DNA of 64,000 nt from assembly GCA_001949185.1 (NCBI GenBank), contig BDGG01000012.1, forward strand, positions 798,973-862,972, given 5' to 3'. A program made the translations under genes and the position numbers. This document shows positions 1 through 13,100 of this stretch, piece after piece. This stretch comes from Ramazzottius varieornatus. Lineage: Eukaryota; Animalia; Tardigrada. The notes beneath the pieces are model-generated. The model was not told the DNA's origin. It was given only the letters and a program-made list of their open reading frames with translations, and searched no databases. The stretch's first letter is position 1, and the number at the start of each line of letters is the position of its first letter.

Positions 1-535
1 GCCCAAGATTAGCTTCAAATCTGCTGCCGATCCCAAGAAGTTCGCCTATCCTCCGCCCGTCGAAGAGAAGAAGACCACCACTCAAGACAAGGTCCAGACT
101 GCCGTCCTGAGTATCACGGCTAAACAGCGACGTAAAGATGAGTTGAAGGAAAAGAAGCTGAAAGACGAACAAAGTGTGGACAAGATGGACATTGACGAGG
201 AGAGGCCTGCTGAAGAAAGCAAGACAGCGGAGGAAAAGACAGAAGACAAGGCCGGTGCGGAGGGGGAGAAGATGGAGGAAGTCCCAGCCGATCACGAGAT
301 CTTGCCTAACCCAGCCCGCGTCATGCACGCACAGTTGCGCGTAATGAGCTTTGCCGAAGAGACTCGGTATCGACCCTTAAAGCCGATTACCACGGGAGGG
401 ATCATTCTGCTGGCTGACACCAGTTCGGACCCGGAGGATATCGTGGAGAACTTGGCGGCTTCTGGTCCAAAGTACGAAGGGGATGACCAAGAACCTTCGC
501 CTCCCGAGCCTTTTGAATATGTGGAAACTGATTAA
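1..535 (+). CDS. PSMD1: 26S proteasome regulatory subunit Rpn2/PSMD1, C-terminal portion (5' part outside the window)
   Basis: Open frame from the window start: KFAYPPPVEEKK...VQTAVLSITAK, ILPNPARVMHAQLRV and terminal EPSPPEPFEY, all typical of the Rpn2 C-terminus. Stop TAA at 533-535. Confidence 0.93.
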   Translation, partial: PKISFKSAADPKKFAYPPPVEEKKTTTQDKVQTAVLSITAKQRRKDELKEKKLKDEQSVDKMDIDEERPAEESKTAEEKTEDKAGAEGEKMEEVPADHEILPNPARVMHAQLRVMSFAEETRYRPLKPITTGGIILLADTSSDPEDIVENLAASGPKYEGDDQEPSPPEPFEYVETD

Positions 536-837
536 TAGTTTGCTGTTTTGTAATGATAATCTTTGGACGTGCAAGAGTCAGTAAAGATGTCCCATTTTCG
601 GTCTGGATTTTTCACTGATGGTTAATAACTTAATTTTCATCTCGAATTTATACTTGTCTACCATCCATAAAATTCACCAAGGTACAGTCAACACGATGTT
701 CCAAGTATACACAGGAGTGAACTTTATGTTATGACATTGTGTCAGAACGAATCGCCCGGCTCCGTCAGAAAAAGGTAGTCAAAGTAACGATAGAATCCAA
801 ACAGACAGAAAATAATTAGAAGAATAATCAGACGAAA

Positions 838-2739
838 CTATTCTCGATCACCAGTAGCAGCTACTGCATGTTCCATGCCATACACCATTTCTTCCTTGTT
901 GATCAAATGATTAGTCTGATTAATCATCTCCATGAGTTTCGAGACATTTCCGGCCCACTCATCCAGAGTAGCATTGACGTTCTTCTGCGGCCGGAAAACG
1001 ATCGTACCTTCTGGTCTGTCAATTCGTGCAAAGATGGTCCTCTTCGTCACCTGTAAAGTTCATTCTTGACCATTAATTGTCTGATGAAACATTCGTAATC
1101 TGGTGCAAGCGCATAGTCAGACTCACCAGTTTGCCGATATATTCTTCAGCTTCGAAGGAATCGAGACTCAAAAGCTGAGAGAGACGATTGACGGAGATCT
1201 TAGCGTAGTACAAAGCCATGATGCGGATATTGTGCTCTATGACTCTCTGACGAAGGTGTTCCCAGCGTTTAGGCCCATCAGTGGCATCAGGCTGGAAGAC
1301 GTAGACGGCAGGGAGAGCTGGGGTACCTTTACGCAGAGGACCTTCTAACTCGGCGGCGAATACGGTCCACTGGATGACTTCTGCCGTGACGAAGAGTTTC
1401 AAAAATTTCCTGCAAGTACATCAATATTATGGTTAGCAGGCATCGCGTTAACCCTGCAAGCATCGAGGAACGCTTGTACTGTCAGGTCTCGACGGTTTTC
1501 TATGTCGTAAGTTTCTTACTTGTATACAGGAATATCGTCCAGCTTCTTCTCGAGCGACAGCCTGTGCATCATGTCCGATTGCTCGTTGTCGTACGGAGCG
1601 AGCAAAAGGTAAGAAATCATGCACTGCAGGGCCTAGAATACAAAGGCATTATCAAAATAATCCCGAATTCAAGCCAAAATTTAAACAGTATTCTTTTGCG
1701 CGACACAAGACTGTTCCTACCAACCTGGAGCGAATCCACCTGACTCTCTTGGACTTTTTTAGTGGTGTAGATAGCGTTGTAGTGTCGAGCCACGCTAATG
1801 TACTTTTCGTCGTGCTCATCCAGCTCGATCATCAGCTTGTAGTACTTCAGCTTCAGATCCTGTAAACATAAAGTGCGTGAAGCGCGCATTCGTCCAGACG
1901 GCGGCCTTATAGCAAGTTTCTGCAGTTTATTATTCGGCTTACCTGATTTGCCTCGTCGTCGAAGAACCTTGTGCTAATCTTTCGACTAATAATCTGCGTA
2001 CGTATGTAGTCCTTCTTTGCTAAACACAACCGCATCTGTTCCAGTAACATCTCGACTTTCTCGCGACGGTCCATCGAGCCAAAGGTTTCGATCTAAACGG
2101 TAAGACTAACATGTCAAGACACGGGAAAAGTAGCGTACACTCCTTTTAAGCGATTAATGGGACGAAGACCATACCTGCAAGTCCTGCAACACTTCGGCAC
2201 TCTCCTGTATCTTTCCTTCGCCTTCGAGCATGATAGCAAGCTTGTACGTAATCCGAGCACGTTCGACCTCCACATAAATCTTTCCTTCTGTGACAGTTCG
2301 AATAGCTTCGATCACCTTCAACTGCACGGCTTTGTCAGGGACAGCTTCGACTACACGCATACCCTCTTGAACCATCGCGGTGATTGCCTGCAACATAACA
2401 ACAGACCTCTCTTACACCTGCCATGGTTGGACACATACACTGTTATAGTACCTGTTTGAACTGACTGCGTCGTTTGCTAAGCGTGATCATCATCTCCGTC
2501 AGCTTGTCGAAATTTCCCACCGCCGCGCACATAGTGACGATCCCACACAGAAGCTTTCCCGACGAGATGGCATCTCCGCTCTGGCGACACTGTTTCTCGA
2601 TTATTAACAGCTCGTCGATGGCCTCGGTCAGTTTTCCTGCCTTGGCCATTTGCTCAGCCTTCGGTAGCTGCGTCGCTACGGTGTCCGCGTAGTCCACCTC
2701 CATCTTGATCAGCTTACCTTCCGCCGAGGACATCGCCAT
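838..2739 (-). CDS. PSMD12: 26S proteasome lid subunit Rpn5/PSMD12 (multi-exon)
   Basis: Exon peptides [53 protein letters not shown] and ARIDRPEG...[10 protein letters not shown], joined by GT-AG introns. Confidence 0.95.
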
Positions 2740-3222
2740 CTTTGAGCCGGCTGGTCACGCCTAGAGTAATAAACCCGAAGGAACGGATATGTCCTGAATT
2801 TGGAGACTGGAGACGGATCCGGAACTAAGAAACAAAGTTGGAAGGAAGAAAGATCGAAAGAACAAGTTTAGAAGGAATTTTTTCTGACTTGACGCTTTTG
2901 TCCAGCCGTTTTGCGAATAACAAATCAACACAGCCATTAATCAGAAGCTCCCCCCCCCACGATTCGATTTTCCATCGGTTACAATACCTTGATTGCAACA
3001 GCGATTGATTGTCGGTGGATTTCCCATGTGTGATGCTTTCCGACTGGATCTTCGCAAATCCTTGCTTGAATAATTATTAGCCTAATGAAACAACTCCGTA
3101 ATTCGAGCAGGAACAAGCGTTCTTCCTCGAAAAGCTCTTGGTGTCCACCACTGCTTATCCCGGACTTCCGACCAGATCTTTTGTCTGTAGAACTCGGCAT
3201 CATCAGTGAGCTTTCTGGGAGT
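2740..3222. promoter_or_regulatory. Short divergent intergenic region (putative bidirectional promoter) between PSMD12 and SDHAF2
   Basis: Start codons face away from each other about 480 bp apart. No specific motif assigned. Confidence 0.45.
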
Positions 3223-4005
3223 ATGGCTTGTCCTGCTAGAGCGCTTTCGCGTTTCGGGTCAGGTCTGGGAGGCAGCTGTCGACAGTTTCTTGGTTGTTCT
3301 CGTAGCCTACCTCTCGTGCGGAATGCTTCACGATTTACTCCGCCTCACAACCACATCGCGGACGAAGCCGGGAAAACCTCTCGACCAGAATCATGGAATC
3401 TTCCCAGCCCGGTTGAGATCGAATCGTCGGAGTATTCTACCCCTCCACTCCCACCGTATATCCCCCGAGAGAACGAACCACTAGACGTCAAGATTTCGCG
3501 TCTGTATTACCAGAGTCGGAAACGAGGGATGCTGGAGAACGGTCTGCTTTTAAGGTGAGACTACGGTGCGGGATGCTAATTTGTACCATCCTTTGAAGCA
3601 CAGGTCGCGTTATTAAAGATACAAGACTCAACACTAATGTTTCGTCTGGCGTTTACGTCCCAGTACATTTGCTGACGAGTACCTCGAGAAGCTTACCCCG
3701 GAGCAACTCAGCGTATACGATCTGCTAATCAACCTTCCTTCAAATGACTGGGACATTTACTACTGGATATCAGGTGGGACATCTTGTTGTCGTGTGGGAC
3801 CTATTGGGTTTTGTTTTACAGTGAGAGGTGACCAGCGGAACGGTCGGAGTGACAGGGCGTTGCACACGATAACTGTTTTGTGTTTATAGGGGTCAAACCT
3901 GTTCCGGAGGAATTCCAGACCGACGTTATGGCTATGCTTCAAGATTTCGTGCAGAACAGAGGAAAGCATTCGAGAATACGACAGCCCGATCTGAAAGAAA
4001 GATAG
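3223..4005 (+). CDS. SDHAF2: Succinate dehydrogenase assembly factor 2 (Sdh5), 3 exons
   Basis: Mitochondrial presequence-like N-terminus, then [18 protein letters not shown]|STFA...[17 protein letters not shown] and RIRQPDL. Stop TAG at 4003-4005. Confidence 0.93.
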
Positions 4006-5077
4006 GTCTCCCCAACCAAAGCAGAACGCTCTAGTACAAGTTCAAGTTTTAAATTTTAGCGATGTTGTTTGCGGGCGTTCTGTCTTTGGAAACTTTATGA
4101 CATTAATCCTTAGCGTTGTACGATGTCAAGAACGACATTGAACCTACAGTTCTGTTGTCCTTCAAAATATTGTTTGAAGTTGTTTCAGAAAGGTTTCCCC
4201 CGTACCGCTGATTGCTCTCGTAGTCTCGTTGACAGTTTCGAGTGTGCAGACCTCCGCAGTGTAGGCAAGTGTAGGTATCAGAGGTCTGAACGCTTACCTC
4301 AAGTAATATACACTATGGTTTCCCTAAGATTCTCGAGTTTGACTATCGAGTTTCAATTTTGTTTTCTTAAGACCTGTAGCGACACCCTGGGGCCTTTGTT
4401 CTTCATGTCGATCAGCATAGTATGAGCATACTTTGACACGCCCAGTAGCACCTGTGCACGTCAGATAGACGGGCGGTATGAGTTCTCAGCGATCTGTGAG
4501 CCTTCATGCACGTGCTCTACAATATGAATACCACAACGTTATGTATCATACGTTGATTGACATCCATGCGTCCTTAGGTGCATGGAATCGAATGTACGGC
4601 AGTCCATGCGCATCGCTTCTTGGCATAAGTGTCAGATCTCTTGGGTAGAGATTTGTTCATGCTAATTGAGTTTTGATTTCATATAAACCTCGACCTCCTC
4701 TCATGGAATCTTCGCTACCCAGTTGTCCTCCTGTCTCTAGTCCCTTTTGAAAATTGGTCGGGGATCTGCATCTACCGTTCTCCGAAAGTGAACTGAAGGT
4801 TTGCACGATAGTGCGTGTTTTGAGTCGTGATCGATGTTGGATGATGTTTGCTCAGAATCCAACTTACACCTTACCTTTACTTTTCGCAGTTCATTAGTTC
4901 TACTTGTACCTCTTCGAACGGATCGAAACCCAGCATCTGTATCGAACGGAAGGATTTTGAAAGGCAGTCGTAACGGTGTGCTGTTGAAGTTTTGCCACAT
5001 CACACATGAAGACATCTTATTTGGAGCAGTGAACTTCCCGTTATCTGCCCTTGTATTATGACCAAGAGCATTCCACT

Positions 5078-8000
5078 ATGCCCGTCGTGGCCAAGATTGG
5101 AAATCTGAAGGACCCGGACACTGCCCATCTGTTCAACAAGGAAGACCCCGAGAAAATCTTCGTTGATCTTCGTGAAATTGGGCATGGAAGCTTTGGAGCT
5201 GTCTACTATGTAAGACGATTGTCAAACAAATCAATCTGTGTCAACACATCGCAGTGATCAAGACATACGAACGGAAGCTATGATTGCCCTTTTTGGCTTT
5301 GATAGCTTTCTGTTCATACATGACATCAATATGACTAATTACTTACCTTCTCGTTGCAGGCCAAAAATGCAATCACACGAGAGGTGGTTGCAATCAAGAA
5401 AATGTCGTATATGGGAAAACAGGCAGCTGAGGTATATAACAAACTTCTAATTAAGCAGGACTCCAAAAAGACGCAGTTTCTAGTCTTCGTTGTGGTGTTT
5501 TTTTACAGAAATGGCAGGATATCGTCAAGGAGGTCAAGTTTCTGCACATAGTCAAGCATCAGAACACCATCGAATACAAAGCATGCTTCCTGAAAGACCA
5601 CACAGCATGGCTGGTTATGGAGTACTGCCTCGGTTCCGCAGCTGACATCATCGAAGTGCACAAGAAGCCTCTGAAGGAGAATGAAATTGCTGCCATCTGC
5701 CAAGGCGCTCTCCTGGGTCTCGCCTACCTTCATTCCTTAGGCAAAATACATCGCGATGTGAAAGCTGGAAACATTCTGCTAACTGACTATGGAGGTGTCA
5801 AACTCGCTGACTTCGGATCAGCTGCGTTTGCCTGTCCTGCAAACAGCTTTGTGGGAACCCCTTATTGGATGGTACGTTGCAAACCACTCCACCATGACAT
5901 ATGCGCGAGAATCCATATGACTTTACCATTCGTAATGAGATATTTTCCTTAGGCGCCGGAAGTCATATTGGCCATGGAGGAAGGGCAGTACGAGGGCAAA
6001 GTGGACGTCTGGTCCACTGGTATTACCTGCATTGAACTAGGTGAGTGAAGTAGCGGAGCTCGATAGTATTTCTGGTGTAAAAAAGCTTTCGGAAAGCTAA
6101 TGAATGTGTTGTTCGCCGTTACAGCGGAAAAGAAGCCTCCGTATTTCAATATGAACGCCATGAGCGCCTTGTATCACATTGCTCAAAATGAACCTCCACG
6201 TTTGACGGGTGGTGATTGGTGAGTTTTCTGTCTGTCAGTCATCTATCTATCTATTATTACTTTCTAGAAGACCCAAACTGACTTATTGGCGTCTTCGTTC
6301 AGGTCTTCCGAATTCCGTGACTTTGTGTCTCTTGCCTTGGCCAAAAACCCTGAGGAACGACCAACTGCGGTGCAGCTGCTGGATGTGACTTTCATTCAAC
6401 GACCACGTCCTGTGACCGTTCTCCGCGACCTGATACAACGAACCAAGCAGGCTGTGAGAGAGCTGGACAATCTCAACTACAAGAAGATGAAGAAGCTGCT
6501 AATTCGTGAAAAGCTACATCGTGATGAGAGAGGAGATGGTGATGGACCTGAAGGACTTGACGTAAGCACAGACAACACGCCAACAATCTGGACGCCCAAA
6601 CTCACTAACATATCAACTTTTCATAATTCTAACCAATGTAGACGTTATAGTTTATTCCCACGTTAATTTGGAACGTGGGAAAATGACTTGAACCAGATTG
6701 TTTTCCCAAGTGGCGCACACTTCCAGACAATAACAATGAAAATGTGAGCCACTTGAGATGAAAATCTGCTTCGACTCGTTTGCCCACCTCCCCCTTACTT
6801 ATCAACAGAAGGTGACTGATCAGGCAAACTCTTTTTTTTCAGGATTCGAGTAGAAACAGTCCGTCAGACAGTCTTGCAAGTTTGCAGAGTAGCGCCGTCA
6901 GTGCTGTAAGCAGTGGGGAGAGTGATGATAGCATCAAGGCGTCATCATCCAGCAAAGCGGAAGGCAAGCGTCGATCATCGGGTCGACCTAATGAGCGGGT
7001 ACGTGTAGTCTTCTTTACCACATGGCGTCCCTCAAGTGTTCATGTTTACGACCGTACTTATCGTGATTTCTCTGATATAGCCATTACAGTTATCTGAAGC
7101 GACAAGCGCTATCGAACCGCAAAGCTCCAGCAGTAACTTTCTCACTATACGCCCAACTGCCGTCGTGACGAGAGAGCAGAAGGAAAGAGAGAATGAACTG
7201 GTTGAGCAAATGAGCGGGTATAAACGAATGATTAGAGACCATCAGAAAGCTTACCAACAGGTAAAACGAACGATGACTTAGAATAGTGAAATATGAGACT
7301 TCGGCAAATGAGTTGAACACTATCTCCATTGGCGCAGTCTTTATTGCTGTTAGCCAAAGGCGTGCGCCACTTGGAAAAACGATCCTGTTCAACTTAGTTG
7401 CGACGGGCCAAATATTCTAAGCAAATTATTTTTTGCAGTATGAGAGCAGATGTAAGAATGAGATGGATGCGCATAAGATGCGACTCGACCGTGAGTACGA
7501 AGCTCTGCTGCAGACATTCGCCAAGGAGCTGGAGAAGCTACAGATGAAGCAGCACAGTGAGATGGACCAAAGGACCAAGTCAAACATGCTGCACGAGCGG
7601 AAGTTGTATAAGAACATTATGCAGCAGCACGATGAGCAATTACGCATGTGTCAACTGCAGCACAAGAAGGAGTACAAACAGAGCAAGGATAAAGTTCGCA
7701 TAGTAAGTACCTGTAATCGTTTTCCCACTTCCGCTTCTTCGGGTTATACATGTTTTTCGTTTGTGCCATAGGATTTATCCGACCAGAATTCAACGCCAAA
7801 GAAAGAACGGGAGGACATAGTACGCCGCCATAAAGAATCGGTCTCTAGTCAGCATCAACAAACCGAGCAAAAGTTGCAAAGCGATCAGAAGAGCCATCTC
7901 GAACTGGAGATGCGGCGGTTCAAACGGAAGAAGCTGTTGCAGTACCACGCCCTTGAACAGGAACTACTACAAGAAGTAAATACGACAGATAGTGTAGTTT

Positions 8001-9304
8001 TCATGTACGGTGACGCTCAATGTAATGTTTTCAGGAGCTCAAGAAACGCCAAAGTCAACTCGAACTAGCTCATGCAATGTTGCTCAGGCATCACGACTCA
8101 ACGCAGGATCTGGAATACAGGCAGCTAGGAGTTCTACACACAGTCCGTGAGGATCAGGCATGTGAAACCCTCATTGTTTGCGTTCTTCTGTCATCTACCG
8201 AGACCAATATTAACGTCGATTTTTCTTTTGATTCTAGCTACGGAAGCAACACCACGCGGAAGTAACCCATCAGAACCAGTACAGTGAGCGTTCAGAGAAA
8301 GAATTACGGAAGCGGCACGCAATGGAGCAGAAGGCTCAACCTAAAAGCTTGAAGGTACTTGCTGTCCTTTATGCATTCATAGCCCTATGGTGTTCCTTTG
8401 GAATACGGGAACCGTCTGATTGATTACGAATTGTCTTCCAGCAACGGGAATTGTTGATCCGAAAGCAGTTTCTGGATGCCTGTAAGGTGCAGACACGTCA
8501 GTACAAAGCACTGAAGGCGCAAGTATTAGACAGTACGCCGAAAGAAAAGCAGAAGGACATCATCAAGCGACTGAAAGATGAACAGCACCGGAAGCTGGCC
8601 ATCCTTGGTGAACAGTACGAACAGAGCATATCCGAGATGCTTCAGCAATCTACGGTAAGATCCGTCTGAAACGTAGAGCCGCGTTTTCTTACATTGTATG
8701 TCCTCTTTTTAGCTACGACTGGACGAAGCTCAAGAGGTAGAAGCCCGGGAGTTACGAGAAAGGCTCCACCAGGAATACGAGATGCTTCTTGCCTACCAAA
8801 GTAAAGTCCGAATCCATGCTGAGAATCAGAGAAATGTAGAGAAACGACAACTAGAAGAAAAGGTGTCGCTACGGAGAGCCATGCTGGAGAGCAAGGTAAG
8901 CTGTCTGTTGTCCAAGAAACTCTTTCTTGTCCTTCGCTTGTTCGGGTTTCTCAACTTGACTAATGTTTTTTGTGTCTTCATTGTTAAACAAGTCTGCCTT
9001 CTTGCTTGAGTTTTTTCAAACTTTTCCGTTACGATAGATGGAAGAAGAAGCTCAGCAGTTTCGGCGGGAGAAGTCTGAGCGCATACGTCAGCTTCATGGT
9101 CGTCAGGCTAAAGACATAGAAAGGTTCGATGCAGACAGTGCTCGATATGGTTTCGACGCTCTGCTGGTGGTTCAGGAATCTAGCGGACTCGATGATCTCC
9201 TTCGGAATGACGATGATCGAATCAGCATTTCCGCCAGTCGTCTCAGTCTGGTACCGCAATCCACGTCTTCGCATTTCGCCGGCAGGTTCTCATCAACGCA
9301 ATGA
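5078..9304 (+). CDS. TAOK: TAO (thousand-and-one amino acid) STE20 Ser/Thr kinase, about 15 exons
   Basis: [68 protein letters not shown] and [14 protein letters not shown], followed by a C-terminal coiled coil ([17 protein letters not shown]). Confidence 0.96.
6669..6793. repeat. Dispersed ~125-bp palindromic element (25-nt-spacer family), TAO intron
   Basis: CCCAAGTGGCGCAC-25nt-GTGAGCCACTTG with outer arms GGGAAAATGA/TCGTTTGCCC. Confidence 0.85.
7294..7410. repeat. Palindromic element copy, TAO intron
   Basis: TCGGCAAATGA..TGGCGCAG-24nt-GTGCGCCACTTGGAAAAACGATC. Confidence 0.85.
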
Positions 9305-10152
9305 TGGATTTTTGTTTCTTTTGTGATTTTATGTCTTGGCTTTTATGTCGAATTAGACTTGTCTCTTGTGGCGTGCTCCACTCTCAATCAAGAACGTTCT
9401 AGGCTATGTTTTTATCGGGTAACGTGACGTCATGTCGTAAGTGCGTGGAGCCGTGTGGCCTCCGGTCTTGTCTTTGAAGTTGCCACTCAGGCTGCCTTTG
9501 CAACCTCTCATTTTTTACTTGTTTGACGTTTCCGGTCGCACTCTGTGTAACAAACTTTTTATCTGTTTATTTATTGTGAAATTGCCGCGGTCAGTCCAGT
9601 AGAAGAAATGAGATCAAAAGTTGTCTTCTGACATCATCCATAAAAAAGGTACGTAGTTTATACGCGGAAATGAAAAACGATTAATCCTGCACCTACATAC
9701 CGTAATTGTACTGAGACCTACAGTGACCACGGTGGCTCAGTAGGCAGGCGCATAAAACACGAATTGCCTAACCCTTCGAAAACCCCCAAAGAAACGATAT
9801 CTCGGCAAGACATTTGGAGACCCAGTCCCCTTTTTTAATGTGAAACCCACAGGACGAACCTATACAGTTCGTAAGACAGCAAAGAACTTTGACTTGATAG
9901 CTAGCATAATTATGTACATCAGTAGCTTATGTATCTGACGTCCGAACTGTATGAGGGCATCAGCAGACAAGAGCACGCAATCGCTTTCCGAAAGCTCAGC
10001 GGGAAAAGACTACAGTTTGAAACCATCGATAAAAAACTACTAGTCTAAAAAGAATTTGCTGCGTAGGATATATTACAACTATGAAAAGCCCCGCAAACTT
10101 CCTTATCAATCAGAAAAACTTGAAACAAAGAAGAAGGGTTAGAGAAGATAAT

Positions 10153-13100
10153 CTATGCGCGTGTACTCTGAGGCGGTCTATGGAAGGGCACTTTCACTCC
10201 GTTATTCTGCTTGTGCTGCTCGATATAACAAGGGTAACATACCCTGACCGGACTGAATAGCCGATCTTGTGGCAGTGGAACTTGATAATCGGAGCAGTTT
10301 CGACAGAATACTAACCCGCATTTCCTGCAAAAAATACCAGTAAATTGGTATCCTGGTCTTAGCAATCACCAACACCGCGGGCAATGCGTCGAACCAGATT
10401 GTCATCCCAAGTGGACGTTTCCATTGTTGCTGGCTAAGAGTAGCGCCACTTGGGCAGACAACCTGGTTCAGTTCATTTGCCCACGTTCCGAATCTGGACT
10501 TCGCCTTACCGGCAATGGTGTTTCCTCTTCCCAAGCCAAAATCTTGATTCACAATGGTGACACTTGGTCACACACTGGTCCGGAACCCAGGGCGTATTCT
10601 GTACAAAGCAGGTTATCTAATAAATCGGAAACTCAAAAGAACGTCGACTTTACCTTCGCGGTTTCATCGTCAATGTTGTCCCAGCTGACGTCGGAGCCGT
10701 ATGATGTCCCGTAGTCCACCACATCGGCTCCTAAGCTAAGAGGCTCCATGCTCAACGGATGTTCGTCAAGACACAGTTCCCTCTTGAGATAACTGCCGTT
10801 CCCGTTCGTTAGACCGTTATGCTGTTTCATCGACATCTTGACAGAAGACAATTCTCTCCTCAAATTATCGACCTCCTTCTACAAAAAATCATGTCCAATC
10901 AAACCAGTATCGACGAACTTTGTTATCTGGAAGCTGAGCGACAAAACTTCCAAGATTGGTTTTCCAAGCGGCGCACGTTTCCATTATTACTGGCTGGCAG
11001 CGTGCGCCACTCAGGGTAACGATCTTGTGGGTCTTGTTTGCCCAGTTCCCACCCGTTAAGCAAAGAATACACCAACCTGGTACGTGTCGCGAATCTGCCG
11101 AAGACGCGTCTGCCTCTCATCGAACAGAATCGCCAACCCATCCGGTCCAAGTTGCCTTCTCACCACAGCCAGCTTCTGGTCCTGGTATGACTCGTTCCCT
11201 TCGCTATGTAGACTATCGTTACTGGAGGCCGACGTCAGGTGTCTCGAAGTCCTTCTCGGTCTCGTCGGCGAGTTGATCGGCGAAGTATGATGGTTGACTT
11301 CCACCATCTTCAACGGCGTCGGCGTCAGTGAAGCCGTCAGGTAATTCGGCGTACCCATCCTCTTCGGAATGCTCATTCCACCAAAGCCGTTCGGCTCAGT
11401 GAACGTCGACATGGCTGAGGTTATCAACGACTCGCTGATCTTATGGCCATTCTCCATAGGCAAACCGTTCCTCAACCCATTCTTGTACGAAGGAGATCCA
11501 CCGTTCTCAAAGTTCTCTCTGGATGTCGAGAATGTCACAGTTTCAGATGTATCATTCAACGGAAGCGACACTTCCTCATCCGTCGGTTCCTCGTCGTCCG
11601 ACCTCACCGTCATGTCTTGGTTCGACGGGTACCTTTCGAGTAGAATACCCTGAATGTTATCTTCACCTGTTATGGTGTCAGTAGATCGTTCCATGATTGA
11701 GTGAGGTTTCACTGGGGGTATCAGTTCTGACTCGGACGACGTACTTTCTATCAACGGTACCGCTGTTATCAAGTGAGGCGTTGATTGAGAGACAATCGGC
11801 ACTTGATTGACTTTACTCTCGGCAGTGAGTTCATCCTCTTCTCCCTCACTAGAGATTGTCTGGGTGTTCGGTAGCGATATGGACTTGTGGAGAGACCTCA
11901 CTGACAGCGGACTGGACTCTGAAGGTGAACCGGAAGCTGAGTCTTCGTCGGTGGCACCGTTGGTGTCGGCTGAAAGCAGGTTCAACGCGCTCGCACTTCG
12001 GTGAAGATGGACGTCCATGCTTTGGGTGGCTAGCACGTTGTTGGTTAATTGCTCGACGGAGCGAGTGCGTGGCATGCTGGGATTACCGATCTTCGGGTCC
12101 AGACCGATCATCTGGACTTCGGGAGGGTGGACGTTGGCCGACAGTGGGTTCAACTCTGTAATGTACAGGTTAGCCCAGAAGACTAGGTTTCTCACAGAGA
12201 AGTCCGGACGAAGAATCTGTGAAAAGGAGACTTGCTGACGAACCGCGAGCAAAATTTGAAAAGAAAAGGCACTCACCATTTCGCGCTTCGTGTACAAGAG
12301 ATTGCTGAAACACTCGTCTGCTTCTTGTTGCAGGTAACTCCATAGAGAGTAGGTTCTGTCGTTGACGGAATTCTTTTCCCTCTCACGAGGATTGTTGCAC
12401 AGGAATGTCCCAAAGAAACAAGAATACGAGTGATGTGCGACATGAATCTATAACACACGGTATTATGAAAAAGTTTTTATTCATTTTTCAGAAGGAAAGT
12501 GGAAGAAGATTCATGAAATTTATGCCCACCAGATATGCTTCGTTAAACTCAAAATCCACCGGAAACTGGCAAACCAACTGAAATACGCAGTCTAGCCACT
12601 GGAGGAATATTGGACATCGCTCGGTCTCGTCCGTAACGAGACTGTGACCGCATCGATCGGCGAACTTGTGTCCAAACTCCAACCATTGCCATTCAATGAG
12701 CATCTGGAAGCCCTGCAAGCAAAACCACCTTTACATCAAAAACCTGCGTACTGCATACCGAAGGATCACATTTACCCTGATAGTGCGGTAATGCGAGTCC
12801 ATCATGAGCATTGCGAGAGCGACAATCTGAGTCGTTCGGTCCCATCCATCGGAGCAATGGACTAAGACCGGTCTTCCCTCCACATCCAAGGCGTTGGTCA
12901 CGTGACACGTCGTTCTGATGATTGCCGAAACGTGGTGCAACCAGAGCGACTTGTCAAGGGTCGACATGAAGCTATAACAAGAAAACATCACCATTGACTC
13001 AGCATTACATTATCTACAGTTTGATACTATCAACAAACCATGAAGTAATCAAGGCACACTGATCTTCCAGGCAAATCAAAGACCCAAGTACCTCAGTGTA

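Noticed and set aside
4441-4645. Possible MITE with CCCAGTAGCAC...CTTGGG ends
   Set aside because: Terminal match is too weak to support without alignment.
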